Source: Mobula hypostoma
Lineage: Eukaryota
DNA length: 64,000 nt
Direction of reading: 5' to 3'
Assembly (NCBI RefSeq): GCF_963921235.1
Contig: NC_086097.1
Coordinates: forward strand, 55,678,001 to 55,742,000
Of this stretch, positions 35,020-48,340 are shown piece by piece. Each line of letters opens with the position of its first letter. Positions within the stretch are counted from its first letter, which is position 1. Both the position numbers and the translations under genes were made by a program. Below the pieces are notes generated by a model that ran no database searches, was not told where the DNA came from, and worked only from the letters and a program-made list of their open reading frames with translations.

Positions 35020-35964
35020 CCCCACAATTAGCCACCAGGATATCGAGGAACAGCAATGCAGGCAAAGTTGTGAAAACAATAGGGTTGTTGTCATAGGGAA
35101 CTTCAACTTCCCTAATATAAACTGGGACCTTCTTAGTACAAATGGTTTAGATGGGGCAGAATTTGTTAGGTGTATCAAGGTGGGTTTCATAAATCAATAT
35201 ATAGATAGTCCAATAAGAGGAAGGGCTGTACTGGATCTAGTGTTGAGTAATGAGCTTGGTCAGGTGACTGACCTTCCAGTGGATGAACAGTTAGGGAACA
35301 GTGACCATAACTCCTTAAATTTTAAAATAGCTATAGATAAGGGTAAGTATAGACCTTGCAGGAGAGTATTAAACTGGAGCAGGGAAATTTATGAGAGCAT
35401 TAGGCAGGAACTAGGAAGAGATCATTGGGAACAGCTGCTTTTGGGCAAGTCCACATCTGACATGTGGAAGGGGTTTAAAGACCAACTGCACACAGTAGAC
35501 AACAGGTATGTTTCGATCAGTAGGAAGAACAAGGATGGCAAGGTAAGAGAACCTTGCATGTCAAGGGAGATGATGAATTTGGTCAAGAAGAAAAAGGAAA
35601 AGTTTGCAAAACTTAGGAAGCTAGAATCAAAAACAGCCCTTGAGGATTATAAAGAAGCCAGAAAAGAACTCAAGAAGGGAATTAGGAAAGCCAGGAGGGG
35701 CCATGGAAATTCCTTGGCAAGTCGGATTAAAGAGAATCTCAAGGCATTCGATACATACATCAGGAACAAGAGAATAAGTAGGGAGAGGGTGGGATCACTC
35801 AAGGATAAAGGGGAGAACATTTGCTGGGATGCGAAGGATGTGGATGAGGTCCTTAATGAGTACTTTATATCAGTATTTTACAAGGAGAGGGATGTGGAGG
35901 ATAAGGAGATCAATGCTAAGGTTATTAATATGATAGGGCATTTCCAAGTAAAGGAGGAGGTAGT

Positions 35965-37024
35965 TGTAGTGAATTTAATATTTCAGTAATAGTTAAGTAA
36001 TTTTGTAAATATATTGTTTGATTAAGCATTCTTTGTTTGTTTACAAGTTACATGTAAGAAGCATATCGTTACACCACCACATCGTATGTGAGTGCCTGAC
36101 TGAAGAAAAACCAAGTACATGGGTTATTCTGGGCTCCTGTGTTTTCTTTTGATTAGTTTCTGGAGTTACAAAACATAACAGTAGCTACAAGGAAGTTTTA
36201 AAGAGAAATCAAGATGACTACCAACTTATGGAAGTGGAGCAAGTTTTTTTTTTCTTTGGAAGGGGAGAGAGACTATCGAGTTTTTTAAAAAAGGCAGAAA
36301 ATGGACGAAATTAACAAGCAACTTGTGCAGCTATTGGTTCATAGTGAGTACTGGGTGATGATAATAAAAATGACAAAAAGCAGAAATGACTGTCTTCATC
36401 AGATAGATAGATATGTTCAATTGCACAACAGATATCTGAATGATGTGTACTGCATGAATTGAACAGTATTTTGAAGCAAATGAAACAGCCAATGAGAAAT
36501 GAGTGCCAGTGTTGCTGAGTGCTATAGGTGGAAAGGCATACAGTTTGCTTAGAAGTTTAACTTCTCCAATCAAACCAGCTGAAATGAGCTTTGCCGATAT
36601 CATGAATGTAATGCAGGAACATTTAGAACTGAAACCATTGTTGACTGCAGAATGCTAAGGGTTTTCTAAGTGGAATCAAGAGAAAGGGAAGTTCATTTCA
36701 ATTTATGTGACTGAATTGAAGAAATTGTCTGAGCATTGTTGTTCAATGATGAGCTTAATGATGCACTGATAGATCACTTAGTTCGTGAAATCTTACTAGA
36801 AAGCACTCAAAACCAGCTCTTAACTGAAGCAGAGCTCACATTTAAAAGAGCAGTTGAAATTGTTGTATCATTGGAAACAGACCCCAGAGACACAATTGAG
36901 GTGCATTGTGAGTGTTAACAAAATTGCAACATCTAAACAGAAGCCTGCCTTGCTGAACAAATTGTGGAACCATTGTAGCAGGGGCTCACACAGAGCAGAC
37001 CAATGCAGGTTTAAAGGAAAATCT
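35965..37024 (+). mobile_element. Gypsy LTR retrotransposon relic: 5' LTR (35965-36180), degenerate PBS, gag pseudogene
   Basis: TG...CA LTR followed by PBS-like GTAGCTACAAGG; gag IEQYFEANE, LLSAIGGKAYSLLRSLTSP, LNDALIDHLV, LLTEAELTFKRAVEI, and a decayed CCHC knuckle. Confidence 0.85.
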
Positions 37025-40000
37025 TATGGATAGGGAGAATCAGTATGGCTTTGTGCAGGGCAAGTTGTGTCTTTCTAATTTGACTCAGTTTTTTGACAAT
37101 ATGACGAGGGAGATTGATGAAGGTAGAGTTGTGGATTTTGCTTACAAGACTTTAGTAGGCATTTGACAAGATTTCTCATGGGAGGGTCATCCAGAAGATT
37201 AAGATGCATGGGATCAATGGTGTTTGGCTGCTCGCTCACAGAAGACAGAGGGTGGTGGTTGAAGGGACTTATTGTAGCTGGAGGTCTGTGATTAGTGGTG
37301 TTCTGCAGGGATCTGTACTGGCACCTCTGCTGTTTGTGATATACAGTATATACAAAAATGACATGGATGAAAATATAGATGGGTGGGTTGGTAAGTTTGC
37401 AGATGATACAATAATTGACGGTGTTGTGGATAGGATAGAAGACTGGCAAAGAATGCAGTGGAACATAGATCAGTTACAGGTATGGGCAGAAAAATGGCAG
37501 ATGAAGTTTAACCCAGCCAAGTGTGAAGTGTTGCACCTAGGTAGATCAAATGTAAAGAGACAGTACAATAATAGGGTGAGATCCTTAACAAAGTTGATGA
37601 GCAGAGGGATCTTAGGGTCCAAGTTCATAGCTCCCTGCAAGTGGCTATACAGGGTGGTTAAGAAGGCATATGGCTTGCTTGTCTTTATTACTCAAAGTAT
37701 TGAGTTCAAAAGTCAGGATGTTGCAGCTTTATAAAACTCTAGTTAAGCTGCATCGGGAATATTGCATATAGTTCTAGTCACCCTATTATAGGAAGAATAT
37801 TGAAGCTTTGGGGAGGGTGCAGTAGATGCCAACCAGGATGCTATCTGGATTAGAGGGTGTGAGCTATAATGAGAGGTTGGACAAACTTGGGTTGTTTTCT
37901 CTGAAGCGGTGGAAGCTGAAAGGAGATCTGATAGAGGTTTATAAGATTACGAGAGGCATAGAGGTAGACAGACAGTAGCTCTTTCCCAGAGTTGAAATAT
38001 CTCATACCAGAGGACACACAGTTAAGGTGAGAGGGGATAATTACAAAGGAGATGTGAGGGGCAGGTTTTTACGCTAAGAGTGGGGGAGGTTGCCTGGAAG
38101 GTGCTGCCTGGGATGGTAATAGAGGCAGATACATTGGGGACTTTTAAGAGACATATAGATAGGCACATGAATGTGAAGAAAATGGAAGAATACGGACATA
38201 CTGTAAACAGAAAGGGTCAGTTTAGTTAGCCACTTCATTACTAATTTCATTGAGTTTGGCACAAAATCGTGGTCGGAAGGGCCTGTCCCTGTGCTATACT
38301 GTTCTATGTTCTATGAACGCAATACTTTTCAAGTGAAATGTTGGGAAAATATACCCATGGCAACACAGTGTACAAAGAACAATATTGATCATTTTGTTTA
38401 TAATACAGTATGTGGTTTATGTGAATGAAAATAAAAGCAACCTCTTAGAAAATAATTTTGCAACACATTGGAGCTGGAAATATGGGAAAGTTGGCAGGAT
38501 GACAGCCGTCTTCTATGATGATTATTCAGCAACTTTTTCACACTTAACTCCTTAATGGCATGCAGACATTGCTGATAATCTTAGAACTTACTGTCTGTAC
38601 CTATATGCTTTCCGATTTGTGCATATTTTTTTCAGATCATTTCAAAGGGCAATTAAAATCCAGCACATTGCTATGGGTCTGGAGTCACAAGTTAAGCCAG
38701 ACCAGGTGAAAATGTCAGATTTCCTGCCTTGATGGAAATTACTTTCAAATACACTCTGGTAGTTTAGTGGTAATCGCTATTGATGTACTAACGTTTTATT
38801 CTAGATACATTTATTTTAGTTTAACTTCCCTTAGTTGCAATAGTGGAATTTTGACAAGGTCTCTTAATAATATTCCATTATCCGCGGTCCCCCTGAACAT
38901 GATATGTATTGGTCTGAGTTCGATGTTCTGTGTATGCCATACTTTATAAGTGGAGTTACAAGTTCCCCTGAAGCTGAGATTTTTATATTCGGCCGTGTGC
39001 TGCTGTACATTGTGAACATTGTCAGTGCTCACTAATCCAGCAGCTTTATTTTGCAGATACTGCCAGCTACAAGAATGTGCACCTAAGCTGGCACCGTGCA
39101 CCTCATACAGCGAAAAGAAAAGCAGCTGCTTACTCGGTGCACCAATCTCGGTTCACAAAGATTTTAATAAACCACACACAGTGCTCAAAATAACTGAGGA
39201 TGGGCCTCCTCAGCTCGTTTGGCTGACAGGACTGGGCCACTTTTATCCAAAGCAGCCTGTGTGTTCACAGGTTTATTCAAAGTAACTAGCCACACTGGTG
39301 GTCTTTTACCTTTGACCCTAAGGAATAGACCGTTAACCAATGGGTCATTGCACATTTCTCTCCCTCATTTTCTGAATTAACTTGCATTGTTTGGTGCTCT
39401 GTACATTAAAAACTATATGCCTTGGCCCCAGAGAGGATCAGGTTGCGTGTCATTTATGTGCAGAGTGTGTGGAGTTCCAAATTAGGACAATTTGGTGTGC
39501 CCTTCTGTAAGGGCCACTGAAGTGTGTAATTGGATCTGTCTGACTAGCATGGGCTCTGTCCAAGTGTTGCAGAGCCACTCTTGGGAACATGGCGAGGACT
39601 TCTTCTTTGCCTCGACAGACAGATGAGATTTACGTGCCTGTCACAGATTCATGCCAAATGTTCTTTTTAAATGCAGGCCATTTTCTTTCATTGAATAGTA
39701 GGATTACTTTAATGATATTGTCTTTGATAACAACATAAAAACCATTATAGGAAGCTATTTGAAAGAACATCTTTCACTCAGAATAGTTTATATTGAAAAC
39801 CTCAAACAGTATGCTTAAGGTGTGACATGATAATGGCTGTGATTTATAAAGCCAAGTAAAAATCCTAAATACAAGGTGAATAAACTTCGATATTTTTTTT
39901 GTAGAAAATGACCACAGATTTCATTACTGTTTAATTTTCAGCACCATTTTATGAAAATTATGAAAAGCAGTTAAAGCTATATCTGCACCTTTCAGTCACT

Positions 40001-40719
40001 TATCTATTCTGGAGCCAGAATTCTGATTTTGTTTAGTCAGATGTACTCTTATTTCATTGGGTTTTTTTCTAGCTTTCTTTTTATCTTCATCTTAAAAAGT
40101 GTCAACGGTGGACTACTCCTAACTTTATTCACCTAGCCAATGGGTATGAGGCATGCTGAGTCCCAAATGTAATGCTCTTGTGCTCCCTAATCAATTTTAA
40201 CCAATAAATGGAGAAGGTTAGACAACATTCAACAAACAACTAAACCAAATAATTACATCGCTCCGTGTCTGAGTAAATCTGTTTCCCTTGATTGTTTTCC
40301 CAAATGTAGTGTATCAAAATGTCAGGATCTTTAAGAATTGGGTGTATACTGTATGTCTCAATGGCTTTGATACATTTAGCTGCTGTTAGTTGGGAGCTTT
40401 AGTAGGAAAGTTCCATTGTAGCCCCATCTCTGCCATTTGCCTACCCAAGCAACACTGAAGAGCTACTGAAATAACACTGGTGACAAGGGTGGGATGTTCT
40501 GCTTGAGGGAGTAGCAGGCCAATAATCTACTACACAGTAAATATGGAGCAGGTCTTAACAAGCAAAAGCAAAGATGAATGATAGTGGAAGTGCTAGATAC
40601 ATTGGCAAGCTTATGATGTATGGGTGGGCGCAAACATTTTCACTATGTATGGAATGAATGGTAATGTTCTCGTGGACAAGCAATGTTGTTGACCTTAAAG
40701 GCACAGGGGCATAAAGAAA

Positions 40720-41240
40720 ATAAGATAGTAGCAGAAGTAGGGCAATTGGCTTCTCAAGCTTCCCTACCATTCCACACAGCCATGGCTGATCTGTCACAGT
40801 CCTAATCTATTCTGTGCCAGTTCCCCATGCCACTGAATTCCACATTCCTTCAAAAAAATTACCTGCCTCCTTTTTCAATACCTCCAATAATTTTACCTCC
40901 ACAGCCCTCCAGATTAGAGAATCTCAGAGATTCACCACCCTCAATGAGAAGATGTTCCTCTGCACCTTTGTTTTAAGTGACTTTCCTCTTATCTTAAAAT
41001 GACGTACAGCTGTTCAAGATTATCTCACTATTGGAAGCATATCAACATCTAACCTGTCTTGTCCCCTTAGATCTTTAAATGTTTCAATAAAATCATGCCT
41101 CATTCTTCCCTACCCCAAGGAATAAACCTTTTCTTTCATTCACTGCTCTCGATAGGATTCCAGGAATTAGTGTCATAACTCTTGCTGGGACTACCTCCAA
41201 TGCGAGCATATCCTTTCTTAAAGAGATCAAAAATATACAT
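40720..41240 (-). mobile_element. Old CR1 3' fragment
   Basis: LRKDMLALEVV...LIPG and the reverse complement of the FFSQRVVNLWN region. Confidence 0.7.
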
Positions 41241-42788
41241 AGAACAGAGGAACTGAGATGTACGCTGAAAGAGGAAGGAAAAACTGTTGCTGGTGATAGG
41301 ACTGAGCACACAAGAGATATGGGTAAGTCAGCTAACACCGTGAACTACAGAAAATTGGAGCTACACACCAGGTATATGTAACCAGCGACCAGAGAAAACA
41401 TTTGGCTAAGACATATTCATGGACTGATCATGAAAATCTGATCTCCATGGTGCTTGGAAGATTGCCTCAGTTGATCTCTTGCTGATAAGCTTTCTCTTGC
41501 TTTGCTAGTTTGTGTGGGAAAGTGCAAAGGCAGCATCTAGTGGTAGGGAGATGCTGTGCAGAAAAGGTTCAGTGCTGTTTTTGGCTGGTGTTTCAGGAAA
41601 ATAGGCCCTTGTTATTCTCAGCTGGGCTGGAGCCAGACAGTTAGCTTGACATTGCCTTCGACTTGCCAGTTTAATTTCCACATGGTAGGTTTTATCTCTT
41701 TGATTAGATAGACTTTTAATCACGATCTCATTCAGTTTATCTTGCTTATATTAAAATCACTGTGACTAAATGTAATTTTAGACATTTGTAGTGCTATGAT
41801 ATTTTGGGAATTATATTTTTAAAAGATGTGTGGATTTGTTTTTGAGAACCACCCCTGAAATTTTCAGAGAATACATTTGATGACATGAAATGATAGCATT
41901 TAAAAGCAATTAGATGTTACCCAACTGAGATGAGATTATGCACTGAAGATATTGTACCAGGGGCTGACTATATCAGCTGCCCTCAGTCAGAATGGTTACA
42001 CCTTCTCAATGTGATGTACTACTCCCTTGTGTATGTAACATGTTTGGTTAATAAAAGAGCTCATATTGCTGATTCAGTGTTCATTGTTTTTGGGAACATT
42101 TGCTACTGTTTGACAAGATAGTGTGGTTGTCAAAACACTAACAAATAATTCCCTTGGCCATTTTAGCTAATGGTTTCTTTTGTTTAGCTGTGAAAGCACT
42201 GAGTTGAATGGCACATACTGATGTTTAAGGCATCTATATGTAGCACACAGACAGCTTGGTGCTTTTTTTTGTATTTAGAAACTATTTACTGACACAGTGT
42301 CGAGCTGATCACCTGTCAGATAGTGCAACAACAGATGAACTTGAGCTTTATCCTCTAATGATGCAGATGGATATGCAGTATGTCATCAAGTAAATTATTA
42401 ATTCCATTTAATTAAACCTTACAAAACCAGAGGATCCATGCTCATTATTCAATTTTACATCTTTACTCAAAATTAGTTGTTGAGTCGGCTTCATCTTCCT
42501 TTTTCAGGACCCTATCATATTAACTGACCTCTTAGTATCAGAAACTCTTCCCTTTGACATTGGACTATTTGATGTTAACTATAGTCTGTTCTACTTTGGT
42601 TCAAGATCAGTATACTTTCTACAGAATAGGGAAGGAAAAGTTTAATCTAGTGGAAATATTGATTTTTAAATGTATTGTAGAATCATCAGGAGAGTTTGAA
42701 TATTCATTGTACTGTTGTACCTCTGGTCCATTCACACAATTGATCAACAACAAAATTTTTTCTTTCATAAAATAAAAATCTGCCAGAA

Positions 42789-42790
<2 letters not shown>

Positions 42791-42820
<30 letters not shown>
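42791..42820. repeat. (GT)15 microsatellite
   Basis: Direct inspection. Confidence 0.97.
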
Positions 42821-42823
<3 letters not shown>

Positions 42824-44084
42824 ATTTACTGATATTGCTATTCTTGTAGAAAATTAACAGTCTAAAAAGGTTCTGGAGAATCTCCAAACCACTCCAATGC
42901 GAAGTTTATAAAGTCTGCTATTCATGCCAGGCTATTCATAAGGAAGCATTTCAATAATTATGCATGAGTACTAATATTGTAGGGTTCAGCAACTGCTAAA
43001 TTGGACTTTATTTTCTCTAATACAGTCCCATGGGATTGAGAATGACTTGCTTCCACTCAGATTTTGTAGGTTCTGAAGTAGCTAATGAGGCCAATGTGGC
43101 AACCACCAATTCGTTTCTGATCACTACATTTCATTGACAATGGGGAGATACCTACACTTAGCAAGGATCTGACCTTCCACTGACAAACTCTACTGTTATA
43201 AATGTTCTACTTTATTTGTAATTTACCCTCACTGCTTTCTATGTTCCATTATAACTAGCCAAGTTGCTAAAACTTTTGATAATGGCTGATCATTCTAGTT
43301 AAACTTCAAAATCAGTGTAATACACAGAAAATGTTGGAGGAACTCAGCAGGTCAGGCACCATCTATGGAGAGGAGGTGGTGTCCACATTCAAGATAAGTG
43401 CCAACAAAATGTCGCTTAATTTAAAGGAAATTATTTTTTTCATCCGGATCTTTTCTGAATCTGTCAGCAGGAACTCATGCATAACAAGCAGTGGGGAGTA
43501 AGGGAGAGGCTTGTCTGTTATTGTATTGGGATTTCAAAACATCATGGACTGTAACTCTTCCTCCTCTTCCTGTCTCCTACACACCCCTCCAACACCATCA
43601 CCACACCCCTAAAGAAGAATTGTTGTCAAAATAAATATGTCTATCTGTGTGTTTCCAGACCGCCCTTGCTAGATAATTTGAACAGAGTTCCTGATTCATT
43701 AGGTCCATCTGTGTGTGGTTGTTCCTGTGCTGACAGTCGTCTTGTGAAGTGTATGAATATATTTAGATTTAGGATCTAGGTTTTGAAACACGGTATCGTG
43801 AATGCTGAGCTACTCAAGAGCATGGTCAGATGAAGCAATATGCCTTTATGTTGATGTGTTGTTAGGCAGCATGTTCAGGCTTATTTCTGTGAATTATTTT
43901 GATGGTGTTTCGTTCAATGATCTGTAAGCCTTCTCCTTCTGCTCTGCGTGCTCTTGTGGATTCTATATGCAGTCTCTTTTTCCATTGATAGCCGTCCTGC
44001 ATTTTTCACAAATGATCTCAACATTTTTAATACATGAATCATGTCAAGTTGCAATTGGAAAAAGCAAGTTAAACATAATTTTTT

Positions 44085-46500
44085 GATAAATAATGGTCAA
44101 ACGCCATCTGTTGTATTTACCTAGGAGGTTCTCCTTCATAATCCTGACTGCAGTTTACATACCACCAGCACCCAACCATAATCAAGTGCTTGTGATATTG
44201 CATGATGCCATCTCCAAACAAGTGACAGTCCATCCTGAGGCATTTCAAATCATAGTCATGGATTTCAACCAGGCTTGTTTGAAGAAAACTCTGCCCAATT
44301 ACCCTCAGAAAATAACCTGCAGCACCAGAGGTCCCAACACACTAGTCCGTTGTTATTCTAAGATAAGAAATGCCTACCATACCATGCCCAGCCTGCATTT
44401 CAGTAAATCTGATCCATCTTATCTGCATATAGGCAGAGGCTAATCAAAGCTCCAGAGATTAGGACAATAAAAAGGTGGTCATGGGAGGCAGAGAAGTGGT
44501 TACAGGATCGCTTTGAGTTGGCGGATTGAGCCGTATTCAAGAGCTCATCCATGGACCTGAATGAATGCACCATGCTTATCAGACTTCATTAAAACAGGTG
44601 TAGATGAGTGTGTCCCCACAAAATCATTCAGAGTCTTCCTCAACACGATGCCCTGGATGAACCATGAGATTTGCAGTCTGCTGAGGGCCAGATCAGAGGC
44701 ATTCACATCTGGCGACCAAGAAACTTGCAAGAGGTCCAGGTACAATCTCTGGAAAGCCATCTCATGGACAAAGTGGCAACTCCAGACTAAACTTGAATCA
44801 ACGAAGGATCCTTGACAGTTGTGGGAGGGGGCTTGAATACTATCATCTCTTATGAAGTTAAACCAGGGTGACAAAAGGGCCTCACTTCCAGAAGAGATCA
44901 AAGCCTTCCATGCCCACTTTGATGGTCAAAATTTGGAGGAACCATCACAAATTCCCACAGCCTCCATTGATCCTATGATTTCAGTCTCTGAGGCCGCTGT
45001 GCAAGCAGCCTTCAGAAGGGTGAACCTACGAAAAGCATCTGACCTGGACAGGCTACCTGGATCCATCAACACAATAGTTGCCCACCTGCTTCAAGCAGGC
45101 TTCAGTTATGCTGGTGCCCAAGAAGAACATGGTAACACGTCTCAATAACTATCGTCCAGTGTCACTTACATCCACTGTGATGAAGTGTTTTGAGAGGTTG
45201 GTGATTAAGTATATTAACTCTTGCCAGAGAAGAGACTTGGTTTCGCTCCAATTTGCCTACTGGAGTAACAGGTCCACAGCAAATGCCATCTCATTGGCTC
45301 TCCACTCGACCCTGGAACATCTGGTCAGCAAAGCTGCATATATTAGGATTCTCTTTATCGACTACAACTCAGTATTCAATACTATCATCCCCTCACTAAG
45401 CTTCAATACCTCCTTGTGTAATTGAATCCTCGATTTCTTCACTTGCAGACCTCAGTCAGTTTCAACAACGTCTCCTCCATGACCTCCATCAGCACAGGTG
45501 AACCACAAGGCTCTATGCTTAGGCCCCTGCTTTACTCACTTTACACTTATGACCATGTGGCTAACAGCTCCAAAGCCAAATTCAAGTTTGCTGATGACAC
45601 CACAGTGGCAAATCAACATATGGCAAGGAGATTAAAAATATGGCAGAGTGGTGCCATAACTATAGCCTCTTAATGTCAGCAAGATCAAGGAACTGATTAT
45701 TGACTTCAGGAGGAGGAATCCAGAGGTCTATGAGCCAGTCCTCATCAGGGGATCAGAGGTGGAGAAGATCAGCGACTGTAAATGCTTTGGTGTTATTATT
45801 TCGGAGGATTTGTCCTGGGCCCAGCACATGTGTCCTAGGCAGCACCTTTACTTCCTTAGGAGTTTGCAAAGACTTGGCATGACACTCTATAACTTCCACA
45901 AACTTCTATAGATATGTAGTGGAGAGTATATTGACTGGCTACCTCACAACTTTGTATGGAAACCCCAATGCCCTTGAATGGAAGACCCTACAAAAAGTAG
46001 TGGATACAGCCCAATCCATCATGGTTAAAGCCCTCCCCACATTGATCACATCTTCGTGAAGCATTGTTGCAGGAAAGCAGCATCCATCATCAGGGATACC
46101 CACCACCCAGAATAAGCTCTCTTCTCACTACTTTCATTAGGAAGAAGGTGGACGCCACCAGGTTCAGGAATAGTTATTACCCCTCAACCATCAGGCTCTT
46201 GAACCCACTTCACTCAATTTCACTTGCCCCATCTTTGAAATGTTCTCACAATCTATGGACTCCACTTTCAAGGACTCTCCATTTCATGTCCTCAATATTT
46301 ATTGCTTATTTATTTATTATTTATTTCTTTTTGTTGTCTTTTGCACACTGGTTGAATGCCCAGCTGGTGTGGTCTTTCATTGATTCTATTATGGTTATTA
46401 TTCTATTCTGGATTTATTGTGTATGCCTGCAAAAATGAATCTCAGTGTTGCATATGGTGACATATAGGTACTTTGATCATAAATTTATTTGAACTTTGAT
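44085..46500 (+). mobile_element. Degenerate Rex1/Babar LINE (APE endonuclease, RT and 3'UTR)
   Basis: LYLPRRFSFIILTAVYIPP, NNYRPVSLTSTVMKCFERLV, LFIDYNSVFNTI, GEPQGSMLRPLLY, FKFADDT, TRFRNSYYPSTIRLLN. Confidence 0.9.
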
Positions 46501-46649
46501 TGACATAAATGCCAGTCTCTTCTAACTAGTTGCCTGCTTTCTGGTAAGCATTTTAGCTGCTTTCACAGAACAATATTCAACAATTTAATTGTAGGTTGCA
46601 AGGCACGTCACATAATCTTATGTCAAATTATGTTTTCTAGCAGCCAACC

Positions 46650-47635
46650 AAGTTTCTCCCCTCTCACCCCTTCTCTTTACTTGCCTATCACCTCCCCCTG
46701 GTGCTTCTCTTTCTCTTTCTTCCATGGTCCACTGTTCTTTCTTATCAGATTCCTACTTCTCCTTTAGCCCTTTAGCTCTTCCACCCATCACCTCCCAGTT
46801 TCTTACTTCATCACCCTTTCCTCACCCAGACACCTACCCCTCACCTGGTTTCACCTATCAGCTTGTACTCCTTCTCTTCCCCCCACCTTCTTACTCTGGC
46901 TTCTGCCCCTTTCCTTTGCAGTACTGATGAAGGGTCTTGGCCTGAAATATCAATTGTTTATTCTCCTCCATAAATGCTGCCTGAATTTAAAGATTCAAAG
47001 GTTCAAATATTTCATTTTATTGTCCAAATGTGCATGTACAATACATCTCTGATATTTGTCTTCTCCAGATAGCCATGAAATACAGAAAGGCCATGGGAGT
47101 TGTTGAAAGAAAAGACATCAACTCCCCCGCCATGAGAAAGAAAACAAAACAAAACTCACACACCCCAAAAACCTCTCACCACTTCCTTGCAGCAAAAGAC
47201 AGCAACAGTAGCATCAAATTCCAAACACCCCCCCCCCACACACAAAAAATAGCAGATCCCCATCCGTCTGTTGGCCACAAGAAAGAAAACATCGAACAAC
47301 TGAAGGAGACCAATGTAAGGAACAGTCCAATAATCACATATCAGAATATCAAAAATATCTCTCCGACAGCATACGAAGAGAGTGGCTGCATGAACTCAGT
47401 CCTTCCGTGAAGAGCGACTCCCATGCTGTATCTGAATACTGCTGACCATTGTTGCCCCGGGGCTTCCATTGGGAATGATCGCTGACTCTCTCTGCATTTG
47501 CCTCAATGCTTCAAAATGGAGTCATTCATCACTCCATGCCCCCATCTCTGGTCTTTTCCATGTGTCAGCTCATGGTCTCAGACCGTTTTGGGTCCCTATC
47601 TTGCTGAGTTCCTCCAGCATTTTGTGTGTGTTGCC
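46650..47635 (+). mobile_element. PLE pLTR remnant (hammerhead motif at about 46920-46955) interrupted by a minus-strand retroposon (about 46986-47600)
   Basis: CTGATGA-AGGGTCTTGGCCT-GAAA-TATC; the PLE end resumes CTTGCTGAGTTCCTCCAGCATTTTGTGTGTGTTG; the insert begins with the same TTCAAAGGTTCA tail as 33913. Confidence 0.75.
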
Positions 47636-48199
47636 TAAAATAATGTTTATTTGCTAGATGCTTCTGACAAGATGTACACATAAAAATGTAGTAAAGATTG
47701 TGATAAACCAATAATCCTCTGTTGTAGGATTATTTCCCAGTATAGCTGCTGCCCACCCTCTTCCATCCATTTTACTCACTTTACTTTGATAATTGGACTT
47801 CTGTCAAGCACCCTGTGTAAAAATTAAACTGTTAAATATTCTGAACAAAGTACAGCAGCCAAAACGAGCTGTCCTAATTTCACTCTGTGATGCCAGCATC
47901 TCTTGCAGCTAAAGTGTTGATGTGTCCAGTGCAGACTATGTTAATTCATGTAAGTGGTGGGGGCTCAGCTACTTCATGAATTAGCAATGTAAGAGCTGCT
48001 CCTTTCCCGGCTTCAGGCTGCTGTTAAGTGTGTTACAGCCAATAAGGTCCTTCTGAACAGTACTGTCGCTGCCGCAGTCTAAGGGATCACTGATTTACCT
48101 TGTGATGATGGTCAGGTTGCCTGTTTAAGATGCAGGTTTGGAGAACGACTAATTCCCCTTTTTCACAGAGGTGTCACTGGATCACCTAAGTCCATCCAA

Positions 48200-48340
48200 A
48201 TGGGAAGATGGATCCTTGATTTAAGGTCTAATCCAAAAGACAGCACCTTCACCAGTGCAGCATTCACCCAATGTTATGCAAATATGTCTCCTAAATTGTG
48301 TGATCATGTTTGTAAAGTTCGACTTGAATCTATAATTTTG
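48200..48340 (-). mobile_element. Ancient Deu-domain SINE-like relic (another at about 62005-62200 plus)
   Basis: ATCCAAAAGACAGCACCTTCACCAGTGCAGCATTC...GACTTGAA resembles, from recall, the reverse complement of a SacSINE1/DeuSINE 5' region. Confidence 0.5.

Larger units (their letters stand above)
33675..38314 (+). mobile_element. CR1 LINE (endonuclease through RT and 3' tail) interrupted by two insertions
   Basis: Endonuclease pieces at 33675-33912 and 35020-35964 (LDLVLSNE, SDHNSL); RT at 37025-38200 (KFADDT); tail TTCTATGTTCTATG. Confidence 0.9.
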
